In this document: one piece after another, positions 24,287-33,779 of the stretch
Numbering within the stretch: position 1 is the first letter of the stretch
Layout: each line of letters opens with the position of its first letter
Assembly (NCBI GenBank): GCA_048941265.1
Contig: JBHLNT010000004.1
Location: 1 to 55,321 of the forward strand
From: Promethearchaeota archaeon
Lineage (GTDB): Archaea > Asgardarchaeota > Lokiarchaeia > Sigyniarchaeales > SOKP01
Direction of reading: 5' to 3'
Length of the DNA: 55,321 bases
Position numbers and translations under genes: made by a program
The notes under the pieces: generated by a model
The model's input: only the letters and a program-made list of their open reading frames with translations
The model's database searches: none
Told to the model about the DNA's origin: nothing

Positions 24287-25564
24287 TTAGGCAAATAGAG
24301 CTTCTTCAAAACCCAAAACATACGCAAAATATAGACAAATAAAAGCTGCGATTATGATAAGTAAGAAAAGAATTAGTTTTCCTTTTTTAGTTTGAAAGAA
24401 TCCACCAGTTTCATCGATCATTTCTGGACGATTCATATATTTCAAATTAATCATCTTAGGCTTTCGAATCTCCAACGTGCCCAGTTGCATAAATTCGCTT
24501 GCCCGAATTCTTACGTTATTTACCCATCTCTCATGATAATAGGATAAATATACCAGTGTTACTAAAAAGGGGGCTGCAGCACACATAGCGATTATCATAA
24601 CAAACCATATAAGGATTGTAGTATACAATTGAATCGCTAATTCTGGTCGTGACATCAATTCCCCATAGCTCATTTGCTCACCGCCAGTTAAAAGGGCTGT
24701 AGCTAACTCTTGAGCTAAATTAAATGCCAATACAATTCCAAAGAATCCCAGAATTTTACTTATTGGTCCAGTCCTTAAATAGTAGCCCAGACGGACAGAG
24801 TCCTGATATTCATTAACTCGATATGCTTGAGTATCTTCAGCTATCCAAAATACAGGCATAACAAACGTCAAAATCAGTAAAGTAAAGGGGCCCATATATA
24901 TCGTTATATCAATCATTAATTCTTCGATATTCCAATACCATCCATACTGGGTAATATAAGGGTCATAAATTATAGACCAAAGAAACGGTGCTGTAATCTG
25001 AGCAATTATAACACTCATACCTATAGAGATAAATAGTACCTCCATAACCCTCTTGATAAACACCTTTAAATGAACAAAATCACTTCCCAAATCTAAATCT
25101 ACGGGATATGCTTCAAGATAATAAATATCTTTAGTTCTCATGGGATATCCAAGAAAAATTTCAGTGAATTTTGGTCTCGTCTTCTCTACTGTTTTTTTTA
25201 GGTATTTCACAATGCTATTTGAGGCAATTCTCGAACCAATTTGACCCCATGCTAATATGGGAACAATTGTAATAACAAGAAAAATGAGAGGTATAAAATA
25301 ATATGGAAAAATGGGATAAGTTTCAAGATCATAATATTCAGGATAAAAAACCAGCATATAAAATCCGGTGAAATAAAAGAATTGGATAAAGAAAAGAACG
25401 GCAAAAATTGCGAAAAGAATGATACGTCTTTTTTTGGGAACAATTACATCGAATTTGTCATCGGCGCTCTCTACGTTCAAATGCATGGGTTTCCTTTGAT
25501 AAAGGAAAATCTCTTCTTCTGAGCTATTTCTTTTTTCGGTAAAATCTTTATTATTATTAGACAT
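24287..25564 (-). CDS. Hypothetical multi-pass membrane protein
   Basis: 425-aa ORF with about seven hydrophobic segments; no family recognised. Confidence 0.75.
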   Translation of the reverse strand: MSNNNKDFTEKRNSSEEEIFLYQRKPMHLNVESADDKFDVIVPKKRRIILFAIFAVLFFIQFFYFTGFYMLVFYPEYYDLETYPIFPYYFIPLIFLVITIVPILAWGQIGSRIASNSIVKYLKKTVEKTRPKFTEIFLGYPMRTKDIYYLEAYPVDLDLGSDFVHLKVFIKRVMEVLFISIGMSVIIAQITAPFLWSIIYDPYITQYGWYWNIEELMIDITIYMGPFTLLILTFVMPVFWIAEDTQAYRVNEYQDSVRLGYYLRTGPISKILGFFGIVLAFNLAQELATALLTGGEQMSYGELMSRPELAIQLYTTILIWFVMIIAMCAAAPFLVTLVYLSYYHERWVNNVRIRASEFMQLGTLEIRKPKMINLKYMNRPEMIDETGGFFQTKKGKLILFLLIIIAAFICLYFAYVLGFEEALFA

Positions 25565-25863
25565 AGGTATTAATTAAGATATTTGTCTTTAAATATTTTT
25601 TAGATGTTAAAACCAGATTCTTAATAAAAATGTAATCAGATAACTATTCATTCTTTCTTCAGAATATCAATACAAGAATGTATATTCTATGAACATAGGT
25701 TTTCAAGTTCATGTGAATGTTATTATTTTTGAATCTATCTAATTATAGTTCAAATTGTGGGAAAATAAGTACGTGGATACTTAAAATAATAAAAGAAGCT
25801 TTTGAATAAACACTTAATTGATAAGTTATTGATAAAATCAAGAGATCTTCAATTTCTAATTTT

Positions 25864-27540
25864 TCACAATAAGGTCATCCACTGAGGATTTATTTGATTT
25901 AGAGCCTTTTCAATTTCTTGTCTTACATCCCAATTATCATCCCCGAGTGCGGTTATTAGTGGATCTAGCGCTTTAGGGTCTCCAATTTCCCCTAATGCTC
26001 TTACTGCTGCAATTCGAATTTTAGGATCACTATCATTCAATAAAGTAGTTATCGGAGTAAGATTTTTTACTTTTTTAAGTTTTCCGAGGGATTTAGTAGC
26101 CCAAGATTTTACGTATACATCTTCATCATTTATGCAGGAGATTAAAGGACCCAAGGCTTCATCGGTGCCAATTTTAGTTAATAATTTTACTGCTTCTCTT
26201 CTTAACCTCCAATCCGTGCTATTTAAAATAATTTTAGCCTGTTCTATGACCCTCTTACGCAACTCCGGAGCATCATATTTGGATAAAGCATTTGTTGCCT
26301 CTCTCCTTACACCAGCCTTTTCATCATTAAATAAGTCTAAAAGTGTATTAAGTTGAGTCTCATCTCCAATTTTTCCTATTATCTTAGCGCTAAACTTCCG
26401 TATTTGCCATTCCCTTGCATTTAAACCCTCAAGAACTTGATCATTAACCTTATTGTTTGAAATTTTTATAATGGCATTATATGCTAAACTTCTAATTCTT
26501 GAATCCCTACTATTGAGTAATCTTATCAAGATACGCATCGCATCAGGATCATTGGTTGCACCAGATAACAATTTGACTGCTTCCCTTCTAGCTAAAAGAT
26601 TTCTTTTATTTAAAATCTCATAAACCTCTTTAAATTGTTTGGATTCGACTAGAATTTTATCTAGGGCTTTTACAGCTTGTTTTCTAATTTCTTCATCTTC
26701 TTCTTTTAATAATTCTAGTAAAGGTTTTATACTTCTTTTACTACCTATATTACCCAATACACTAATAGCTGTAATTCTCACTTCTGGATTCTCATCCTTC
26801 AGGGTTTTTATAATGTGGGAAATTCTATTACCGGGGATTATTTTTTCTAAAGCTTTAATTGAATTCTTTCGCACTATCGGATTGGGATCACTCAATTGTT
26901 CTATAAGAGGATTCACAGCATCCTTATTTCCTATTTTTCCTAAAATTTTTGGTATTGTTTTTTTAATATTGAGATTTTCATCATAAAGGTATTTGGTGAT
27001 CTTCTGGATCTCTACCTTTATGCCGGTTTTTACAATCACATTAATTATGAGTTGCTGTAACTCTTTATTTCGAAATTTTAATACTTCAATTAATGCATCT
27101 AATGCATTAATTTCACCTTCAAGTGCCATAATAGAAGATTTTTTAACTTCAATATTAGAATCTGCTAATGCTTCGGTTAAAAAATCTAATGAATCTGAGT
27201 TATCTATGCTCCCGACAGCTTCAATTATTTTTTTTCTTACTTTCCAGTCTTTTTCATTCCGATATTGGTTTTTTAAAAATAAGATTCCTTCTCTCCTATA
27301 ACATTCAGATAATAATTCTATAAACTTAATTTTCGCATCTGAATGGGATTCATTTAAATAGGTACTTTTGATCTCTTGAAAATGAGTATCGTCTTTGAAA
27401 TGGATTAGATTTTCCAAAGCTTTAGTTCTTCTTTCGGGTTCATTTGCAGTTACTAAAATTGATATAAGAACTTCAGAAGCTTTTTCCGGTTCCATTTCAC
27501 GAACATTGTTAAATATAACTCCATCGTCAAATCCCAACAA
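25864..27540 (-). CDS. HEAT (PBS-lyase-like) repeat protein
   Basis: More than a dozen ~31-aa repeats of the form LxDxxxxVRxxAxxALGxIG (e.g. LSDPNPIVRKNSIKAL, LNDSDPKIRIAAVRALGEIG). Confidence 0.92.
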   Translation of the reverse strand: MLGFDDGVIFNNVREMEPEKASEVLISILVTANEPERRTKALENLIHFKDDTHFQEIKSTYLNESHSDAKIKFIELLSECYRREGILFLKNQYRNEKDWKVRKKIIEAVGSIDNSDSLDFLTEALADSNIEVKKSSIMALEGEINALDALIEVLKFRNKELQQLIINVIVKTGIKVEIQKITKYLYDENLNIKKTIPKILGKIGNKDAVNPLIEQLSDPNPIVRKNSIKALEKIIPGNRISHIIKTLKDENPEVRITAISVLGNIGSKRSIKPLLELLKEEDEEIRKQAVKALDKILVESKQFKEVYEILNKRNLLARREAVKLLSGATNDPDAMRILIRLLNSRDSRIRSLAYNAIIKISNNKVNDQVLEGLNAREWQIRKFSAKIIGKIGDETQLNTLLDLFNDEKAGVRREATNALSKYDAPELRKRVIEQAKIILNSTDWRLRREAVKLLTKIGTDEALGPLISCINDEDVYVKSWATKSLGKLKKVKNLTPITTLLNDSDPKIRIAAVRALGEIGDPKALDPLITALGDDNWDVRQEIEKALNQINPQWMTLL

Positions 27541-27670
27541 AAAAACCTAATAATCAATACTTTCAGGTAAAAATAGAAAAAAAATACATTTATTTATGTA
27601 TTTACAAAAACATAATAAATTCTAAAGTGTAGAACTTTAAAAATTAAAAGTTAATTGAAGTGGATATTTC

Positions 27671-28291
27671 ATGCTTTTTATCATAATTTTAGCGATTCTT
27701 ATTTTAGTAGGTACCTTGACTGTTGTTCTAAAGTATAAGGGAACTAGATATAAATATTTAATCTATATTTTTGCGATAATGTACGCATGTACTCTATTTT
27801 TTATGCCTTTTTTCGATCCTCTTCAATTACCAGGATTCTGGGCTTCTGTTATTCTACAAAATTCTAATCCCACGCTCTATGGTTTTATAATCGGATTAAT
27901 AGCAATAAACTGTGGAATATATGGAATAAATATATTCTTATCCAGCGCAAATTTATTAAGAGCAGAAAGATATAGAGGCGGATTAATTATTACGGGTCAA
28001 TTTTCAAAAATACGCTTTCCAATCTATGTATCATATCATCTCATGGGGTTATCTTATCTAATATTAATGGGCTCTCCAATAGGAGTAATATCCTTGAGTT
28101 TAATGACAGTTTTTTTGTTTTCAGATACAAATCAAATTGAAAAAAATGTGTTAATTCCCAAATTTAAAGATGAATACCATAAATATCAAAAAGAAGTCCC
28201 TAAACGAATGTATTCACTAAGACTCCTTTTTATTTTAATTTTAGAATACATTTTGTTTATAATCGGAGTTATTTTTACTCTTATACTCTGA
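27671..28291 (+). CDS. ICMT/PEMT-like membrane methyltransferase family protein
   Basis: LIITGQFSKIRFPIY (cf. LxTxGxYxxxRHPxY) and EKNVLIPKFKDEYHKYQKEVP (cf. EExxLxxxFGxxYxxYxxxVP). Confidence 0.7.
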   Translation: MLFIIILAILILVGTLTVVLKYKGTRYKYLIYIFAIMYACTLFFMPFFDPLQLPGFWASVILQNSNPTLYGFIIGLIAINCGIYGINIFLSSANLLRAERYRGGLIITGQFSKIRFPIYVSYHLMGLSYLILMGSPIGVISLSLMTVFLFSDTNQIEKNVLIPKFKDEYHKYQKEVPKRMYSLRLLFILILEYILFIIGVIFTLIL

Positions 28292-28344
28292 TTTTTAGAT
28301 TAATGAAATCTTAATATTTCCGATTATCTTTATAATAAATAACT

Positions 28345-29049
28345 ATGGGATTTGAAAGATATGAATCTAGATTTCAAGCAGGAGAACTTTTGGCTGAATT
28401 AATTGAGCAAAAAAAAGAAAAGATTCATAATTTTGCTATAAAAAATCCCAATCAATTCTTTTGTTTTGCAATTCCGAATGGTGGTGTACCCGTGGTGGAA
28501 GGTCTTTGCTCTAAACTTGGTATTGGTTATGATTTGCTTATTGTAAGGAAAATCAAAATCCCTTTTAATACTGAAGCAGGATTCGGCTCGATTACCACTG
28601 ATGGGACTGTCTTAATTAATGAAGAGCTGCTGGGTCATTTGAATCTGTCGGATCGCGAAGTGATTAATTCCATTGAATTAACGAAAAGAGAAATTAGTGA
28701 GAGGCTTAAATTTTACCATAAAGAGGTAAATTTGGAAAATCTTTATAGGCAATCTATCAATGAAAAATGCATTTTTATGATTGACGATGGATTGGCTTCA
28801 GGTTTTACCATGCTCGCCGCAATTAAAATGGTAAAAAAATATAATCCTAAAAAAATATTCGTAGCCGTCCCAACAAGTCCTTTAAGCTCTGTTCAACGGA
28901 TTTCACTACATATTGATGACCTATTTTGCCCCAATGTAAGGAATGTATGGAGATTTGCTGTGGCAGATGCATATAAACATTGGTATGACGTGCCAGAATC
29001 CGAAGTATTAGAAATTATAAATAGTTCGAAATATTATCTTAAGACATAA
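28345..29049 (+). CDS. Type I phosphoribosyltransferase family protein
   Basis: RFQAGELLA, AIPNGGVPV, IVRKI, IDDGLASGFTM (PRPP-binding loop), VAVP. Confidence 0.9.
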   Translation: MGFERYESRFQAGELLAELIEQKKEKIHNFAIKNPNQFFCFAIPNGGVPVVEGLCSKLGIGYDLLIVRKIKIPFNTEAGFGSITTDGTVLINEELLGHLNLSDREVINSIELTKREISERLKFYHKEVNLENLYRQSINEKCIFMIDDGLASGFTMLAAIKMVKKYNPKKIFVAVPTSPLSSVQRISLHIDDLFCPNVRNVWRFAVADAYKHWYDVPESEVLEIINSSKYYLKT

Positions 29050-29071
29050 AATCTGAAAATTACAAAGTACA

Positions 29072-30241
29072 ATGAATCGAAGAGAGCGCGTAAGGAGGGC
29101 TTTTCATTTCCAAAGACCTGATAGGATCCCTTTTGTAGGATTAACAATGCAATCTGATTTTTATCCTATAGAGCCCAATTTACCAATTACATTTCAACCA
29201 GAGAATTATCCCCCACATCCGAATGAAGGGGATACTACTATTAAGAATGCTGCGTATCGAAGGGACGTTTATGATTGGAAAAGCGAAATTAGAGAAAAAT
29301 TAGGATACACTGAAAATTGGTGGGAAATGCCTCATGAGAGTATAGATGAATTTGGTGTAATATGGAAATCATCAGGAACAAAAAGTGGTGATAAAACAAA
29401 GGGACATCCTTATAAAGGTCCCTTTCAAGGTGATGGTACAAGTGAAGGATGGGACAATTTAGATGATTATATTTTTCCTGATGCGACGGATCCCAAACGC
29501 TATTCAAGGATAAAGTCTGGAAGATGGAAAGAAATTGCCGAAGATCGATACCTTTTGGGTTCTATAAACATTAATGGTATCTTTAATAAATGTACTCAAT
29601 TAAGAGGTTTTAGCGAACTATTAATTGATTTAGTGCGAAATCGACATCTGAAAAAATTAAATCAATTAATTAATTCCGTTCTCTCTTATAGTTTAACCAC
29701 AATTGAAAAACTAAAGGAATATTGTAAACCTTTAGATTCTATCTTTATTGCAGATGATTTTGGAACTCAAAAATCGGCGTTTGTAAGCCCAAGAATATTT
29801 AAAAAATTCTTTAAAGAGCCTTATAAAAAAATAGTCGGAGTAACTCATGATTTGGACATGGACTTTCTCCTTCATTCCTGTGGAGATGTTTTAGGTCTTA
29901 TCCCAGAATTTATAGATATAGGTATTGATGTCTTACAATTTGATAGCCCTCACATGACCGGAGTTGAAAATTTTAAAAAATTTGCTCAAGAAAGAAAAAT
30001 GGCATTTTGGTTGAGCTCAAACATACAAAGTACATTCATTAATGGAACACCGCAAGAAGTCGAGGAAGAAGTAAAATACTACATCAAGGAGGTTGGCAAC
30101 AATGAAGGGGGATTAGGAATTTGTGAATATACTGATTTTGAAGCAATAAACGCCCCTAAAAAAAATGTCCGAGCTCAAAGAAAAGCCGTACTAAAATGGG
30201 GAAATTATAATGAAAATGGAATTATAGATTGGTTAGCCTAA
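29072..30241 (+). CDS. Uroporphyrinogen decarboxylase / MtaA-CmuA methyltransferase family protein
   Basis: MNRRERV...PDRIP, DEFGVIW, LRGFSELLIDL, ADDFGTQ, LHSCG, GTPQEV. Confidence 0.85.
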   Translation: MNRRERVRRAFHFQRPDRIPFVGLTMQSDFYPIEPNLPITFQPENYPPHPNEGDTTIKNAAYRRDVYDWKSEIREKLGYTENWWEMPHESIDEFGVIWKSSGTKSGDKTKGHPYKGPFQGDGTSEGWDNLDDYIFPDATDPKRYSRIKSGRWKEIAEDRYLLGSININGIFNKCTQLRGFSELLIDLVRNRHLKKLNQLINSVLSYSLTTIEKLKEYCKPLDSIFIADDFGTQKSAFVSPRIFKKFFKEPYKKIVGVTHDLDMDFLLHSCGDVLGLIPEFIDIGIDVLQFDSPHMTGVENFKKFAQERKMAFWLSSNIQSTFINGTPQEVEEEVKYYIKEVGNNEGGLGICEYTDFEAINAPKKNVRAQRKAVLKWGNYNENGIIDWLA

Positions 30242-30343
30242 ATATTTCTATAAATTCTTTTAATTGTAATCTATATGATTTTAGAGATTTTTTATTGGTA
30301 ATTATAAAATCAAAAAAAAGAAAAGTAAAAAAATAGATAATGT

Positions 30344-30610
30344 TTAGGAGCTTATCAATCGAAATAATAAGGCGCCATGAGGAATGAAGAATTCGTCTTT
30401 CCTCTTTATAACGACGGTGTGAAAGTACTCAGCCAGCCCGAGAAAACCTCTTATCACACTCTCGTCTTCTTCAAATTTAAATGTTATATTTGATATTGCA
30501 GAACCAGTATTAAAGGCAACCTTCTCATAAACACGTTCATCGATTAAAGGAATTTTTAATTCATTGACGATTTCATAAACTCGCTTAATAAATAATTCTT
30601 TTTTTGCCAT
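30344..30610 (-). CDS. Small hypothetical alpha/beta protein
   Basis: 88-aa ORF with ATG start and globular composition, alone in an AT-rich gap. Confidence 0.7.
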   Translation of the reverse strand: MAKKELFIKRVYEIVNELKIPLIDERVYEKVAFNTGSAISNITFKFEEDESVIRGFLGLAEYFHTVVIKRKDEFFIPHGALLFRLISS

Positions 30611-30880
30611 TCACATCACGATCATATTGATTGATTTATTCGGAGATTTACACTATATTGTTATTATTATTTAAGAAAATTTTGTTAATTTTATTTTTTA
30701 GAATTATCAATTTTTGATATTGTTAAATATATTATGAAGTAATTATATTTATAAATTTACAATTACCAATCTGAGATAATCTAGGAAAAAAATTAAAATA
30801 AATTAAAAAAAAAACTATTTAAAAATTAATTTAAAAGTAAAAAAACTACTATAATCTGCATCTTTCAAATCCACTTATTT

Positions 30881-32026
30881 TTAATTGAGGGAAATCGGAT
30901 ATTTCCCATATTTATTTACTGTTTTTAATATAGTTGGGACAGACGCCAGCATGTGCATTACGGAGGGGAATCCCTCTGATACTCCCATGAGAAAATTATT
31001 ACCTGGAGCTGCCTCTTTAAGCATTTCTTGGACAGTTTTTCTAACAGCTCCTTGTCCTTGAAGGCTAAGGGGCTCTGGAAAATTTGCCCAAATTACTTTA
31101 TCTTTCCATTTTTTCCTTGCTTCGGTAATTGTTATATCACCTATTGGAGGAGGAGTAAAACTCTCAATTACATCTATTCGAGTCTTTGCTATAAGATCTG
31201 CTATATTTTTTAATCTTCCATCCATATGTACAACATAGATTTTATCATGCTTATGGAAGATATCTGAAACTTCATTATAAAAAGGAAGGCTATATTTTTC
31301 AAATAATTTTGGACTAGTAACAAGGCTTGTGACATTATCTGGCCCCCATATGGTATCAGCAGGAGATTCCGCTGCAATTTTATAAACTTCCAATTCCTTT
31401 TTATATATCAAGCGATATAATTCGTCAAATTCTTTCTGGCGAGTATAATAATCGATGGATAATCGTTTAGGACCCATTAACATTATCATGGATTGAAAAG
31501 GTGATTTCGGCACAAAAGCCGGGATAATTCCATAATTTCCTAATAACATTTGAAAGTCTTTAATTTCATCATAATAAGGTGTATATTCAGCATCCTCAAT
31601 AAGGAATTTAATGACCTCATAATCACTTGGATTTTTAATGATATAACCATCCTCGGGAAACCATGGCAGCATGACAGAAAGATCTAAGCTCTCTAATTTA
31701 GCTTTAAATGTAGATTTCCCGACATGAGTGTTGAAATTTCCTATTACATCGTGAGGAGCATTCATAGCCATTAGAATGTCTACGGGAGACCAAGATGTAA
31801 TATTTCCATATTTATGAGTGACATCCATGGTTGCATTCGGACATTTAACTTTATGTGTCTGCACCGCCAAGGCTGCATGGATACAAAGTCCATCATCTAA
31901 AAGCCTACGCCAAGGTTCATATAAAGCAAGTCCCGCTAAATGAAGGGTTTCAATATACATTGAAAAGGGTATAATATCCGGGTTTTCATGTCGGAGTACA
32001 GCAGTGATTCTCTCTTTAGCATTCAA
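30881..32026 (-). CDS. URO-D / MtaA-like methyltransferase family protein
   Basis: MNAKERI...PDIIP, SPFQ, GPDN, VHMDG, ESFTPPPIGD; start overlaps the stop of the corrinoid gene. Confidence 0.85.
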   Translation of the reverse strand: MNAKERITAVLRHENPDIIPFSMYIETLHLAGLALYEPWRRLLDDGLCIHAALAVQTHKVKCPNATMDVTHKYGNITSWSPVDILMAMNAPHDVIGNFNTHVGKSTFKAKLESLDLSVMLPWFPEDGYIIKNPSDYEVIKFLIEDAEYTPYYDEIKDFQMLLGNYGIIPAFVPKSPFQSMIMLMGPKRLSIDYYTRQKEFDELYRLIYKKELEVYKIAAESPADTIWGPDNVTSLVTSPKLFEKYSLPFYNEVSDIFHKHDKIYVVHMDGRLKNIADLIAKTRIDVIESFTPPPIGDITITEARKKWKDKVIWANFPEPLSLQGQGAVRKTVQEMLKEAAPGNNFLMGVSEGFPSVMHMLASVPTILKTVNKYGKYPISLN

Positions 32027-32670
32027 TGTTTAACCCACCTCTTACAGATATTTACTCCTTCTATAGCATTATGAGCAAAGGCATCAGCCGCTATGTCATC
32101 AACAAATTCTTGAGTAATGGGAGCTCCACCAATTATTACTTTTACCTGATTCCGGAGTTTCGCTTCTTCAAGTGCTCTCATAATATTTTTCAATTCAAGC
32201 ATTGTAGAACTTACTAAGGTTGATAGAGCAAGAATCTCAGGCTTTTCTTTGCGAATTGCTTCTAAGACTTTTTCTTTCCCAACATCTACACCCAGATCAA
32301 CAACTCTGAATCCTTCAGCTTCTAAAAACATTTTTACAATATTTTTACCTATATCGTGTAGATCTCCTTTACCGGTTCCAATGATCACTTTACCAAGGGT
32401 ATTTGTTTCATCTTTTTCCTTGATTTGAGGATCAAGTATTTTCATAGTCTCCTTTATAATTTCTCCGGCCATAATAAGTTCAGGAATGAAATATATTTCC
32501 GCCTCGAACTTTTCACTAATTATTGATGCTGCTTTTGTAATTCCCTCTTGAATTATCTTGTATGGATGAATTCCTTCAGCCAAAGCATCTTGACACATCT
32601 TTTTAGCTTTCTCAAGATCCATTTCTACGACCGAATCAATATATTGAAGTAAAATCTCATTTTCTGTCAT
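32023..32670 (-). CDS. Corrinoid (B12-binding) methyl-carrier protein, MtaC/MtbC/MttC family
   Basis: Cap domain FIPELIMAG, B12 motif GDLHDIGKNIV, DLGVDV, ALSTL, IIGGAP. Confidence 0.93.
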   Translation of the reverse strand: MTENEILLQYIDSVVEMDLEKAKKMCQDALAEGIHPYKIIQEGITKAASIISEKFEAEIYFIPELIMAGEIIKETMKILDPQIKEKDETNTLGKVIIGTGKGDLHDIGKNIVKMFLEAEGFRVVDLGVDVGKEKVLEAIRKEKPEILALSTLVSSTMLELKNIMRALEEAKLRNQVKVIIGGAPITQEFVDDIAADAFAHNAIEGVNICKRWVKH

Positions 32671-32781
32671 TTTAACACATTTCTTTATTTCATTTGAAAT
32701 TAATTTGTTTATCTTTGAAATAAGTTTCTCATAGGAAAATTTAAATTTTGGATTAAATAAAAAATATAAATTTTTATATAC

Positions 32782-32824
32782 ATACTACTATAATTTTAAT
32801 ATAGTCATAAAATATACTACTATA
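32782..32824. repeat. 11-bp direct repeat (ATACTACTATA x2) with nested inverted repeat in a divergent intergenic region
   Basis: Copies at 32782-32792 and 32814-32824 (32-bp spacing); ACTATA (32787-32792) and TATAGT (32800-32805) are inverted. Confidence 0.45.
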
Positions 32825-32874
32825 TGAATTTGGAATAATCTATTTTTAAAAATATTGGAGGAATTGATTAAACA

Positions 32875-33615
32875 GTGGTTTCAAAAGAACAGAAGAAATT
32901 AAATCGTGTGATTAATTTTCTTAAAAAGGGTTTATCCGGTTTAGCAGATGAGTTAGAAGGTACGATCAAAGGAATAAATGAATTCTTAGATTCACTTCAA
33001 AAAGCTCAAAAAGATTTAAAAGGTGTCGAAGCAGTAGAAGAAGTCGTTACTGTTAGTACATCCTCTGCAAAGATCGCTGCTCCCACTGAAACCGTAAAAA
33101 CAGCGGCTGCAAGTACTCTATTTAGTCTATTAAGTGGAAGCAGTGGAGGAGAATCTACGGCACCAGCTGTAACAGCTGCATCTTCAGGCGGACCTCCCAA
33201 GGCACCTTCCGGTGGCGGACCTCCTAAAGCACCTTCTGGTGGCAGACCTCCTAAAGCACCTTCTGGTGGCGGACCTCCTAAAGCACCTTCTGGTGGCGGA
33301 CCTCCTACAGCACCTTCTGGTGGCGGACCTCCTACAGCACCTCCTGGTGGCGGACCTCCTAAAGCACCTCCAAGTGGATTACCCCCAGCCCCGAAGCTTC
33401 CTCCGGCTCCAGGATCAGGCTCACCTCCCTCTGCCCCTGGAGGAGTAAAACCACCAGCTTTTGCAAAGAGGGCAGGACCTCCCATAGCACCAGGAGCGCC
33501 CCCTGTTGGAGCACCCGCCGGAATAGCAACTCAACCTGGTGGAGGTTTGAGTTCCCTTAGAGATGAAATGTTGGATGAGTTAAATCGTTTGAAGAAAATC
33601 ATGCGTGGAGAATAA
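32875..33615 (+). CDS. Proline/glycine-rich protein with N-terminal coiled coil and C-terminal WH2/VASP-like helix (candidate actin regulator)
   Basis: GGAGG at 32857-32861, GTG start; heptad-like N-terminus; 7x GGGPPKAPS; C-terminus GGGLSSLRDEMLDELNRLKKIMRGE. The CDS is confident; the function is inference. Confidence 0.75.
   Translation: MVSKEQKKLNRVINFLKKGLSGLADELEGTIKGINEFLDSLQKAQKDLKGVEAVEEVVTVSTSSAKIAAPTETVKTAAASTLFSLLSGSSGGESTAPAVTAASSGGPPKAPSGGGPPKAPSGGRPPKAPSGGGPPKAPSGGGPPTAPSGGGPPTAPPGGGPPKAPPSGLPPAPKLPPAPGSGSPPSAPGGVKPPAFAKRAGPPIAPGAPPVGAPAGIATQPGGGLSSLRDEMLDELNRLKKIMRGE
33184..33372 (+). repeat. Coding tandem repeat, 7 x 27 bp (GGTGGCGGACCTCCTAAAGCACCTTCT)
   Basis: Units start at 33184, 33211, 33238, 33265, 33292, 33319, 33346 with few mismatches; encodes [SG]G[GR]PP[KT]AP[SP]. 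Confidence 0.95.
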
Positions 33616-33779
33616 GATTATTAACGAAATATTAATTTCTTTTATTATATCTCTTCAATTTTAAAATTACTCTAAATAAAGTATTTCAAATTAGATCTAT
33701 GGGTATAAAATTAAATAGACTAGTTTGATTTATATATTAAGAGCATATTTTTATTTTAAATTGATTTAAGTGAATTAAT

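Noticed and set aside
33184-33372. 27-bp repeats as a CRISPR array
   Set aside because: Units are head-to-tail with no spacers, are a multiple of 3 and lie in frame within a CDS; no cas genes in the window.
33006-33485. 159-aa antisense Gly/Pro ORF and the 78-aa LLVADLLKH-repeat ORF (33212-33448)
   Set aside because: Alternative-frame shadows of the GC-rich repeat; the + strand 246-aa frame has an SD-like GGAGG and non-repetitive structured termini.
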